A stretch of DNA of 64,000 nt. Origin: the human T2T-CHM13v2.0 reference genome, Homo sapiens. Shown here piece by piece: positions 45,760 through 57,147 of this stretch. Numbering within the stretch: the first letter of the stretch is position 1; every line of letters starts with the position of its first letter. The stretch is from NCBI RefSeq assembly GCF_009914755.1, contig NC_060937.1; one strand, given 5' to 3'. The notes below the pieces were generated by a model. It ran no database searches, had not been told where the DNA came from, and worked only from the letters and a program-made list of their open reading frames with translations. The translations under genes and the position numbers were made by a program.

Positions 45760-48549
45760 TCAATCAGGGGCCCAGCGCTTTCCCGTTTTCTAATTTTTTG
45801 TCTTTGTTTTAAAATACACAGTTACCTTACATACCATTGTATACTGTTGGTAAAAGTTGTTTAGGTCAACTCAACCAACATTTATTTATGGAGGCCCTAT
45901 GATGTGTTACCTAATGCCATGGATGGTGATGTTACAAAAATGGGTAGGTTGCTGTCTTTGCCCTCTTAAAGGCCGCGACCTGGTGGGACCATAAATATGT
46001 GGATGGACACTGTTCAGTGTCATAGGTGCTGTTACACAGACAGGATAAGGATGTATTAGAGACCCGAAGGTGGGAGTGGTGGCTTCTTCCTACCCCTACG
46101 GGGTCAAGGACGCCTTCCCAGGGCTAATGGTGCTGGATGAATGTTGAGATGAATAGATTTCAAGACAGACAAATGGAGCAGAGGATATTTAGGGCAGAGG
46201 AAGGAGCTTAGGAGGGGTAGGCCACGCATTTGGAGGGCTGTGTAGGGGCCTTCTATGGTACATGTAGGAGCTTGGACTTTATGTAGCAGGCAGAAGAGAA
46301 CTAATGAAGGGCTTGAAGCGGTGGCGTAATTTAACTAGATTTTCATTTTAGAAAATTACACGCAAAACCATGGGAGAATGAAGTAGGTTATTTACATTTC
46401 CTTAAAACAGTACTTTTAGAACATAAATAGACCAAACATTAACTTTTCTTCCCCATTGCCTTAAACAGAACTTTACAAAAATCCGAATACACCCACTTCT
46501 GCCATTTGAATTTCCAAATGATTTATTCTTTGGCCAAGATGTATTTTTATAGCACTTTAATGTTCTGTGTTTGGGTTTAGGAATTATGGGCTGCCTACCT
46601 TGGGTGACACCAGATGCTACGGTGATGCAGCTCATCATATAACTCTCCGGAATCCCCCTTGGCAGTGGCTGCAGGCTTCCCGTATTTCTCCTCAAAGCAT
46701 CTTGAAATAGGACTGTATTGAATGGGCATGACTGGACTGCATATTTTAGGCATTTTCAGGAAAAGAAATAAAGAATTTGTATGTGAATGAATCTGAGCAA
46801 GCATCTGAAAGAAGAGGAATGGATTTAGAGTAACAAAAGACTAGCATGATGTCACATGACAAAGTTCAGAGACGCTCCTCTTAGCCGAGGTGGCTTCCCA
46901 TGGTGTTACTGGTCATCTGCACTCTGGTCCAAAAAGCAGTCCTGTGGTCAGTGCTAGGCCATAAGTCTTCAGTTCTGAACACGGTGAGATGGCTCTTCCA
47001 TGACATTCAGTGTAGTTTCTTTCTCCTTCTCTCACTAACTTTGTTAGACTAGAAGCTACATTATCCTCTTAAAAGTTTTTAGCTCTTATCCCAAGGACTT
47101 TCTGGGATATTTAAGAGTGTTGTAATCTCTTCTTTTTAAAAAAATTATTTACATTATGGTAAAAATTTTATAACAAAAATTTTATAACAGAATTTACTAT
47201 CTTAATCATTTCTAAATGTGCATTTCAGTAGCTTTAAGTATATTCACATTGTTTTGCCATGTAATCTGTATGTTTTTAAATGAATACTTCATATTCCTTT
47301 CTCATCAAGTTAATGATTATTTAACATACTATCAAGTCTTGATTTTTATACCTCTTATTTTTTGCACATTCTCTTTTTAATCATAAATGCTGAATCAATG
47401 TTATTTTTTTGAAGAATAACTCTCTTAAATACTGATAATACAAACTTTGATACTTCCTTTCTACTGTGGTTATATTTTCCCCATATTATCTTTTGACCTC
47501 TCTCTATGGCAGTGTCCTTTTATGAGTCACAAGTGCACACTTTATGCAGCAGTGAACCATGAAACTGGATAGGACATTAAAGACTCTGAACCGTTGTTTG
47601 GTTATTTCAGGTTATTGAGGTGTGGGTGCTAATTGAGCTTTCCTAGTCTAAAGTGAAAATAATATGTTACCCAGAGGTTCCACATCTCCAATCTTGGTTT
47701 GAAAATAAACTAGGACTGAAAACATGGAATGAAAATATATTCTTTTGTGTTTTGAAGGAATGAATATTTGAATTCAAATTAATTTTTCTTAGGGTAAGCT
47801 TTTCATTTTTATAAAATAATGTTTAATCATCTTGGGAAGAACAACTATGTAGTATATCTTCAAAAATAAAATTTTCAAATTGAATAAATAAGTATATTTC
47901 AAACTTTCGAATTAGGAAATGCCTGTATATTTTAGGATTTGTTTGGTTATATAATTATTAACTACTGCTGAAAATGCAACAGAAAATTGGAACTCAAAAT
48001 TTTTCAGTTATTGCTCTCTAACCTCAAGTAATATCAAATTACGCTGTTTCAAATGGTATAGGAGACCATTAAGCTAACTGAAGACAAAGTTTAAAAGAAT
48101 TATTATTTGTTACCCATAACCATATTAAGGATATGATTTATTTAAAAAACAACAACCAAAAAACTAATCCAATTATTTAAAAAACAACCACCAAAACACT
48201 AATCCAATTTACTGTTATATGGAGGCTGTAATTTTTAGTTATGGTAGATCTCGAAAGTTCATGAACCCTCTAAAATTATATGTAATTTTTAGTGTGTATA
48301 TTGTGTGTGTATGTGCGCACATGCAGGCATGTTTCTGGAGAGATAGTATTCACAACTTTCAACAGATTCTGAAAAGGCATCTTGATCCAACCAAAGTTAT
48401 GAACCACTGTCACAGAGGTTACTTTGCCCATTTTCCTTTTTACTTACAGACCCCAACCCACAACTAGATTTTGTTCCAGAAGTAGTTTGTTTATGAACTG
48501 GTTGTTTGGAACTTAGACCACATTTTTCTATGAAAGTAATAATATATAT

Positions 48550-48552
<3 letters not shown>

Positions 48553-48596
<44 letters not shown>

Positions 48597-48622
48597 CATG
48601 CGCACACACACACACACGCACA
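48553..48622. repeat. (CA)n microsatellite, interrupted
   Basis: Directly visible, abuts MER47A. Confidence 0.95.
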
Positions 48623-48978
48623 CAAGACATTCCCTGACTTACAGTGGTTCAACTTAATAATTTTCCAATTTTCTGATATGAAAGCAGTATGAATTCAGTA
48701 CAAAACGTACTTTGAGTTCTCATGCAACCATTCTGTTTTCACTTTCAGTGTGATATTCAATTACATGAGATATTCAATACTTTATTAGAAAATAGGCTTT
48801 GTATTAGATGATTTTGCCCACCTGTAGGCTAACGTAAGTGTTCTGAGCACGTTTAAGGTAGATTAGGCTAAGCTGTGATGTTCAGTAGGCTAGGTATATG
48901 AAATGCATTTTTGACTTACAATATTTTCAACTTATGATGAGTTTATTAGTATGTTCATTGTAACTTGAGGAGCATCTG
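48623..48978 (-). mobile_element. MER47A-like Tigger MITE (second copy)
   Basis: Homologous to 847-1211 throughout; ends gaggagcatctg|ta. Confidence 0.8.
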
Positions 48979-49758
48979 TACTTACATAAATTATAGAACC
49001 TTCACAATGGTGATACAAAGACAAATGAGATAGACCTCCCGGACTCCAAGGAGTTTATAATCCAGGCCAGTGCAAAAGGCAGGTAAAACCTATCCTCAGT
49101 TGAGATTGACCTCCTAATTTGCCTGTGACCTTCCTGTTCATTTTTCTGCAGCTATGTCAGGACTCATTCCTTCTCACCACTACACCCATAGAAGTATTAG
49201 GCAACTGGTATCCTTGGGATTCAGACACATGAGACTATAGCATGGGGACTTAAGCGTTAAGGCAGATTTATGACATGGTTTCTATGGAAAGATGTACTCC
49301 TAGTTCTAACTTGGAACCCAGGTTCCTGGGACACAGAGAGTCCTTCACTTGGAGCCTCATTAGTGGATACTGTCTGTGTGATGAATGAAGAGTACACCTC
49401 ACCTCCGCCGTGGAGTCTCTCCCTCAAGAGTTCTTTACACAGCCAGAATAAAGACCTTCTCATTACTAATGACCATTTGTGTTTGAAATATTCATAAGTC
49501 AGACTTTTCTTTCTGAGGTGCGGCATGAAAAATTTTCCCCACTACCCCAATTAGGTTCTTGATGAGGGACATGATAGTTCTTTGTAGCTAGACTACATAA
49601 TTTCTGGTAGAACTTTTATAATATATGTTAGTTGTTGACCAAAGGGAGAAGCTAAAGGGTGAAAGAGGGCAGAAAGAGAAAGTGGAATGAGAGGGCATGA
49701 GTGCTTCATGATGTCATCACAAGATTTAGCTTCTCATTATGCCACATAAAGAGTGGCA

Positions 49759-50184
49759 GTTTCTTAGTTCATTTTTCTTGCTTAGAACACCTGAGGCTGG
49801 GTGATTTATAAGGAAAATAAATTTATTTGTTACAGTTCTGGAGGCTGGAAAGTCCAAGGGCATAGCTGGGCATCTGGTGAGAGCCTTCTTCCTGGCAGGG
49901 ACTCTCTGCAGAGTCCCAAGGTTACACAGAGTATCACATGGCAAGGGGGCTGAGCATGCTAATGTGCTAGCTCAGATCTTTCTTTCTTCTCTTGTAAAGC
50001 CATCAGTTCCACTCTCATGTTAGCCCATTGATCCATTAACCATTAATCTATGTATGGATTAATCCATTCATGCAGGCAGAGCACTCATGACCCCATAGCT
50101 TCTTGAAGGCTCTAGGTCTCAACACTGCCATATTGAGGATTGTATTTCATCATAAGTTTCAGAGGGGACATCAAATTATAATAG
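49759..50184 (-). mobile_element. MST-family MaLR solo LTR
   Basis: cagttctggaggctggaaagtccaag...gggactctctgcagagtcccaagg...taatccattcatg. Confidence 0.82.
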
Positions 50185-50904
50185 ACAGTGTCAGTCTTTC
50201 TTTATAATTCTTCATGTTTTCTACAGGTCCTGGGAAAGCTTTTTAGATTAGACTGTTAGCGTATCTTGTCATTGCATATGATGTGTGCACATATTTTGAA
50301 ACATGGATCAAGAAGACATGCTCCACCTATATAGATGAATAGGAGGAAATTTTGTCTTCAGAGAATACAGCAAAGAGTGGTCATGTTTTGGAGTTAAACA
50401 TGAATTTACACTAAGAATTATAATTACTTTAGCCAAATAATTTTGCAAGATGTTCTTTGATTTGACTAAAAAATCTGTATGATCCAAGACCACAATAATT
50501 TTTAGCGTTATAAAAAGATGTGACTAACTTTAGAAAAGTCAGATTGGATTAGCTTGTACATTCACCATTTGCTACCAAAAAGCCAACGTAGAGGACTGTG
50601 GTCTATTTCTTAGTTACATATTAGCTACATTAAGTCGCTAATTCCTCAAATATGGAGGTGCCTCTTTATGGATATGCAAAATGTATATTATAAATTTCAA
50701 AAGTTATACATTTTATGATGTTCCTCTAATAGTTTATCTACAGGGTAATTGCTACAAACCAGTATTTTAGATAATTATACCTGTTCATATTTTCTAAAAA
50801 AAAAATAAAGCAATGTAGACAGGAAATTAGTAACAGAACAACTGAAAATTGGAATGACTAGATTCTATGTTGAGATTAATAGTCATGCATGTGCAAATAA
50901 TGTT

Positions 50905-51560
50905 TTCCCATAGAAGATAATCTTTGTGACTTTGGGTTAGACAAAGCTGTTTTAGATTTGACATGATTCATAAAAGAAAAAAATTGATAAATAGGACTTC
51001 ATCAAATTCAGGATCCTCTGCTCTTCAAAAGATGCCATTAATACAATGGAAAAAAAAAAGTCACAGACTGGGAAGAAATATTTGCAAATCACATATTAGA
51101 TAAATATCTTGCATCCAGAATATGTAAAGGGCATTTAAGATGCAAAAATAGGAAAACAGTTCAATTTTAAAAATGCACTAAAGATTCAAACAGACATTTC
51201 ACCAGTGGAGATGTGCACATGAAAAATAAGCAGAGGAAAATGCTCAAAGTCAGTAGTCTTTAGGGAAACGCACATTAAAACCACAATGAGATACTATGTA
51301 CCTATTAGAATGCCTAAAATTAAAGTGACTGACTGAATGTTGGTGAGGATGTGAAGCAACTGTTGGCAGCAGACCAGTGGTTGCCTGGGGACAGGTAGTG
51401 ATTATAAAGGGATGCAAGGAAAGTTTTGAGTGTGGCGAATATGTTCAGTATCTTGACTATGGTAGTGGTTTCATGGCCATATTTGTATGTCAAAACATAT
51501 CAAATTGTATACTTTATGTGCAGTTTCTAATATGATCATGATATCTCAATAAAGTTGTAA
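50905..51560 (+). mobile_element. Old L1M(E) 3' fragment
   Basis: atatttgcaaatcacat...cacattaaaaccacaatgagatac...atatctcaataaagttg. Confidence 0.75.
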
Positions 51561-52849
51561 ATTTTTTTTCCTGTAATGTTGCTTCCTTTGGTTTGTATTT
51601 CTGACTTAATTGGTGATAACATAGATTTTATTTCAGGGGTAAATTCTCAAGATATATGACATTTAAAATATACAAAATCATTAGATGATTAATATGGATT
51701 TTTAGTCTTTCTGGTATAAATGTCACATAATAAATCTGAATATTTTTGATAACTGACATGTAGCTAATACTGATACGCACTTACTATAACACTCTCAGCC
51801 TCAATAGATTTAAATTATATTAATTTGACTTATTTAGAAATTTATATCATTTATGTTTTTCCCCTTTTTAAAAATACCTTTGTTATGCATGTGTTTTAAT
51901 TTTTATTGTTATAAGCAAAACTTTAGTGTGATTTATGGAATAAAAAGGTAATTATAGAATATAAGTCAGTGTGAATTGCTGGTACATGTTATTTCCTTTC
52001 TGTATTGGGATTCCATGTTATGAAATATTGCTAAAAATAAGTAGGCTTTGGGGTGAGACTTGGGGACCTTTTAATTCCTGCTACAGTCAGTGGTGGTAAT
52101 GGTGTATTTGGTGATGGGATTTGCCCTGTGTTTACATGGGTCCTGAGCTCTGGTGATGGGAGAGATGATAGAAGATAACTTATTCCCATCCCTGTATATT
52201 AAGCTGGTACCATGTGGTAGGACATTGAAATGGTTGTTTACACTATAAAAAATGAGTTGCAATTATAAAAACAAAGGCGGAGGAGGGAGGCCTTAGAATG
52301 CTGGCATTAAATCTTATTTTTCTTAAGAGTCTGTGCAAAATGGGGCCTGGAGTTTCACTCCAGGAGCACTTTTAGCTGCTGCCACATGAAGCTTATTAAG
52401 GGCAAGATTTTCTCCTGACACCTGGCCTTTCTCACTGCTTCCTCTCAGGAGACTTCTCTTACCATTGCTTCTGTGTGGACTCCGACAGCTATAATTGGTT
52501 TAGATGTGCAGCTAGACCCTCCCCTAGTCTAAGGCAGTGGTTTTCCACCGTGGCTGCCATTTGAATCGCCACCTCCTTTCTCACCCGTTTCCCCATTGTC
52601 ACTTTCCTGCCTTAAACATTTCCCTAGCTTTTTGCACTTAGAAGAAAAAGCACACTCCCTGTTGTGTCCAGCATATTCTGACTCTTGTCTCCTATAACCT
52701 CCTCTCTTGATACAGTCCTACTCCAGCTGTTATTTGTCCTGACAGTGGCTGCAAACACTTATTTACTTCTTACAAGAAGCTCTTATAATTTGATGCCTGG
52801 CAAACACTCCCTGGACTTAATAGCATAATGATATCATAATAATAACACT

Positions 52850-53075
52850 TTCTGCCATCTATTGAATGTTTTCTCTAACCCAGACAGTGTGCTAAGTGCT
52901 CTACAGGCATTATCTTATAATTAAGTTAGATGCAACAAGCTTGTGAAGTTGGTATTGTTATTTCCGATTTTTAGGAGAGAAAACTGAGGCATAGAGTTGG
53001 GGTAATTTGTCCAGGTTCATACTGTTATTGTATGCTGGAGCCTGGCTTGAAATCTGTCTGTCTGACTCTAAATTT
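52850..53075. mobile_element. MIR SINE
   Basis: gtgctaagtgctctacagg...aaactgaggcatagag...aatttgtccagg. Confidence 0.7.
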
Positions 53076-53344
53076 GCTCTTTGGTACTGACTTTCAAAAG
53101 TGTTTTGTTACGATTAAATTGTAATGATTTCATAACAGTTCCAGGAAGACAGTCTTAGAGCAAGCTGTAGAGTAAAATTCTTATTGAAATTCAAAGTAAA
53201 TATTAACTCAACTTAACTGTCTTATTGGAGACAACAAACTTTTCTCAATATATTATGTCTTTATGGTAGTAAGAAATAGTGTCATGTAAAAGTTGGAAAT
53301 GAACTGTGGAATCAGACAGACAGAAATATGATCTCAGCACCTGC

Positions 53345-54035
53345 CATTTATTCATATAGATCTCATTATCATATGTAGCAGATAATGTTCTAGGCACTGG
53401 AGATATTGTCAGTGTGCAATCCAGTGGGATGATTAAAAATTTTGGTTCTACAAGCTGTTTTTGTCTTGGAGGCTCACTATAGCACTGTAACTCTTTATTG
53501 AATGCTGTATAAATGTGATCCATCTTGGACCCTATCCTAAGGGGGTCTATTTGAGCCAGTGTTGTGACATGGCCTCTAAGGTAATCCTATAGAAAGGCTC
53601 TAGTGTAGTTTGCTTTCTTTTTTCCTTCCTCTCTTCTTTCCATCCAATTAAAATGAAACATTAAATTTAACTTTTTTAGATATAATAAACTCAGGGACCT
53701 TATATTCTAATAGGGGTAGCACAATAAACGTAGTAAATTACATTATGTGTCAGAAGATGGAAAGTACTTCGTGGGGTGGGTAATAAGATCAGGATGGGGG
53801 AAAATATGGTGAGCAAGCACAAGTTTCAGTGTGAAACACGCAGTTACTCAGGTGGGTCTCATTGAGATGGTCAAGACCTGAAGGAGGTGAAGGGGTCAGC
53901 CAGAGGGATATCTGAGGGAGGAGAGGGGAGGTAGTGCCAGCCTACAGCAGGAGTATGTAGGCCCACTGCAGAAGAACGCAGCCATTGTGATGGAGGAAAT
54001 CAAGAGAGGGAAACGCTAGATGAGGTCAGAGAGGT
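53345..54035 (-). mobile_element. L2 fragment interrupted by a ~270-bp local duplication (53421-53692)
   Basis: ...gttctaggcactggagata..cagtg [insert] ctcagggaccttatattcta...acaataaac...gatgaggtcagagag. Confidence 0.65.
53421..53692 (+). repeat. Dispersed direct repeat, copy 1
   Basis: Aligns colinearly with 55121-55387 (about 75-80% identity by eye). Confidence 0.92.
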
Positions 54036-54409
54036 TCAAAGTATTTTGCTGGTGAAAACAAAATGAACTAGCATACCTAAGGCACTTAACCAGAGCCTGG
54101 CCCAGGGCCACAGAGTCCCTGCCTACCTCTTACAGCTGCATCTCCCTCTGCTCCCTCTTGCAAACTTTTCACTGCATTTATAGCAGAAAGCTCTTTGAAG
54201 ATGCCTCAAATATCCATGTTGTTTTAACCTTTCTACTTTTGCACACACCTAAAATGCCCTTCCCCCATCTCTTGTCATAAACTCCTTCAAGACCCACCTT
54301 GGGCCCTTGTCTGGGAACATTGCTTTGACTCCCTCTGAGGCGAGTTGATGCTTCCTTCTCTGGACCACCTGCATAGTACTGTGTATATGTTAGAAATAAC
54401 ACCTGGCTG

Positions 54410-54640
54410 ATGGTAACTAACTTTAATGAGCACATACTATACACCATGCACTAAGTCCTTTAACGTGTTTTTCATTTATTTCTCACAACAACCCTATAAG
54501 GTATGTCCTATTGTCATCCCCATTTTACAGATGAATAAATAAAGCCATGAAGAAGTTTAGTAACTTGCCTGAGATCATCCAGCTACTAAGTGGTGGCACC
54601 AGGAGGTGAACCCAAGGTTTCTGGCTCCAGGACCTCTGCT
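54410..54640. mobile_element. MIR SINE
   Basis: tctcacaacaaccctataaggta...ccccattttacagatgaa...gtaacttgcctgagatca. Confidence 0.8.
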
Positions 54641-54973
54641 CTTTCGTAATCATATTATACTGCACCTCCACCATACTTAATATATACAAGGCAGTGTGCA
54701 CATAACACTGTATTGCAAGTATTAGTGTATGTGCATGTGTCTTGCCTATTATTTGTGAATTCTTTGAGGGCGGAGAACCATGTCACATTCACTTTTGCTC
54801 TTTGGGGCTTTGCACATATGCAAAGCTGTGGTGAGAGTAAAATATTCTCCTGTAATTTGTAAGACATGAGAAATATTATTCAAAATGTTAATGAAAATGC
54901 ACCATTGGCTCTGAATTTCATTTGGTTTTGAATTTCATTTTAATCGTGTCATTGTGCTTCTGCTTCTCTCTAG

Positions 54974-55084
54974 ACCAGTATTAAAGAGGGACAGCTATTG
55001 AAGCAAACCAGTTCTTTCCAAAGGTGGAAAAAGCGATACTTCAAACTTCGAGGCCGCACCCTTTACTATGCAAAGGACTCAAAG
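54974..55084 (+). CDS. DGKH: Diacylglycerol kinase eta, internal coding exon (probably exon 2; start of PH domain)
   Basis: Acceptor tgcttctctctag|ACC, donor AAG|gtaact; 111 nt, phase 0/0; translates to [37 protein letters not shown], recognised as DGK-eta PH domain (differs from the DGKD paralogue motif KQNNSFQRSKRRYF). Confidence 0.96.
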
Positions 55085-55120
55085 GTAACTCACGAGAATA
55101 CTAGTTTCAAGCATTTGAGG

Positions 55121-55387
55121 CTATGGATGGATGTAAAATTTTGGTTCTGTAAGCTGTTTTTGTCTTGGAAGCGCACTGTAGCATTATGCTCTTATATGAA
55201 TTCAATATAAATGTGATCTATCGGTGACCCCATCCCAAGCGGGTCTATTTGAGTCAGTCCCATAACAGGTCCCTAAGAATAATCTTTTAGGAAGGCTCTA
55301 GTGTAGTTTCATTTCTTTCTTCCTTTCTTCTTTCTTTCCAATTAAAATAAAACATTAAATGTAACCTTATTAGATGTAATAAACGCA
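55121..55387 (+). repeat. Dispersed direct repeat, copy 2
   Basis: Shares aaaattttggttct..aagctgtttttgtcttgga, tataaatgtgatc, gggtctatttgag, aaggctctagtgtagttt, ccaattaaaat.aaacattaaat with copy 1. Confidence 0.92.
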
Positions 55388-57066
55388 ACATTCTGGGTTT
55401 CCACCTTTTACCTTGTAAATCTTTCCCTGACCATGAGAGAGAGAGAGAGAGAGAGCTGCTATAGTTGCTAAGAATTCATGCTCTGTGTTCAGACAAGAGC
55501 TCATATCCCACTTCCAGCATATTCCAATGGAGTGGCTGTGGACAGCATGTGTTGCTGAGAGGAGGCTTAAAGGAGAAAATACACATCAAGAGCTTCCATA
55601 GTACCTGATTCAAAATAATCACTCCAGTATGCTAGCAATTAGGAATACAAATCATATTGAAATAAAATCAAGACTTAAAATATTTTTTATATAACCATTG
55701 AATCAAATAATAATAATATAGTTTTGGGAGAAGCAATTTGTAAAAACTCGTATTTTAGTATTCAAAAATAAATTAAGATTTCTGGCTACTGTGCCAGTTG
55801 AATAATTAATTATTTTCATTTTTATAAATGTATGCTCCTGATATAATTGGTAGGGTTGTACACCAGGAGGTAAAAACAAGCAAACAAACCTAATTCTAAG
55901 TTTATGTATCTATAGAAGTAATAACCATGTAAAATAATCTTATTTTACAAGTCATTATGTTCAAAATTGTCCCTGATCTGTCTCCATCCTGATTTTTCAC
56001 ATTTATCTCTAGACAGCATTGGCTATTTGACAGCCTCCAGTTTGGGCTCATGCTACCATCACTAGGATGACTTTTCCTTTTCCATTTGCACTTGACAAAG
56101 TTCCCTGTTTTCTTCAAGATCCCCTCAAATAGTCCTTATTCCATGATTCACGAGAGAGAGAGAGTTCAGTTTTCTGCTGGATAAATCATCTGTGATCTTC
56201 TATAGCATTTCATTGTATTTCTTCTCTTTTAATTGTCTATCTTACCTTAAAGTTAGTTGTGTCTATTTAATCTCCTGTGCTAGACTGTAGGTTCCTTCCA
56301 GTCAACGAACAAGTCTTACAGTCACATTGGTTGAATTGAAGTAGACTAGTTCTACAGTCTACTTCAGTTTCAAGTTCCGCTGTCAACTACTTCAAGTTCT
56401 AGTTTCCGCAGTTCTTGCGGTGCACCGTTATCCCTGCCTTGCTGGAACAACGCTGAATGAGTATGAACAATGAGTGACTAAAAGTGGGAAGCCTACATTT
56501 ATTGACTAGGATTTCCTACTTGCTACCTTGGATGTTAAGAGTATACAAAAAAGGTCATCTGCTACTTGCAAAGCAAATTCATTACCTCATTTGAACGCAT
56601 AGTTATAGATGAGGAAAATAAGGTTCAGAAGGTTCAGTTACTTGTTGTGAGCTAAGCCAGGACTGGTTCTCAGCTCTCACCTTGCAAACCTGGAAACAAT
56701 GATATTGCCTCTGCCTCCCTGGCAGAGCTGTTACAAGCTTCAGAGACATTGCATTGTGCATGTGTATGCCACACACTCAGCAGGTTCCCCGTAAGTGGTA
56801 GCTGTTATGCTTCCAGAGAGCACAGCACATTTGCATTGAAACAGTGTTCCCAGGGTGTCTTTAAAGCCCTTTTCAGTTGGGGATTTATGGATTAGTTGTA
56901 CTTTATGCTTTTATTTTTCCTTTCTAGGAAGAAATTGCAGAAAGTACCACCAACTTAACTTTTTTCCCCCATTTTCTATTCCTAATTCCTGTATTGAAAA
57001 AATGTATTGAAGAGCATTGAGTTAGGTTTTCTTCTAATGTCTTTGTATGTTTTTTTTCATCAACAG

Positions 57067-57147
57067 TCTCTGATATTTGATGAAGTTGACCTCTCAGATG
57101 CTAGTGTAGCTGAAGCAAGCACGAAAAATGCTAACAACAGCTTCACG
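57067..57147 (+). CDS. DGKH: Diacylglycerol kinase eta, next internal coding exon (probably exon 3; PH domain)
   Basis: Acceptor ttttttcatcaacag|TCT, donor ACG|gtatgg; 81 nt, phase 0/0; [27 protein letters not shown] continues the previous exon in frame. Confidence 0.96.
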
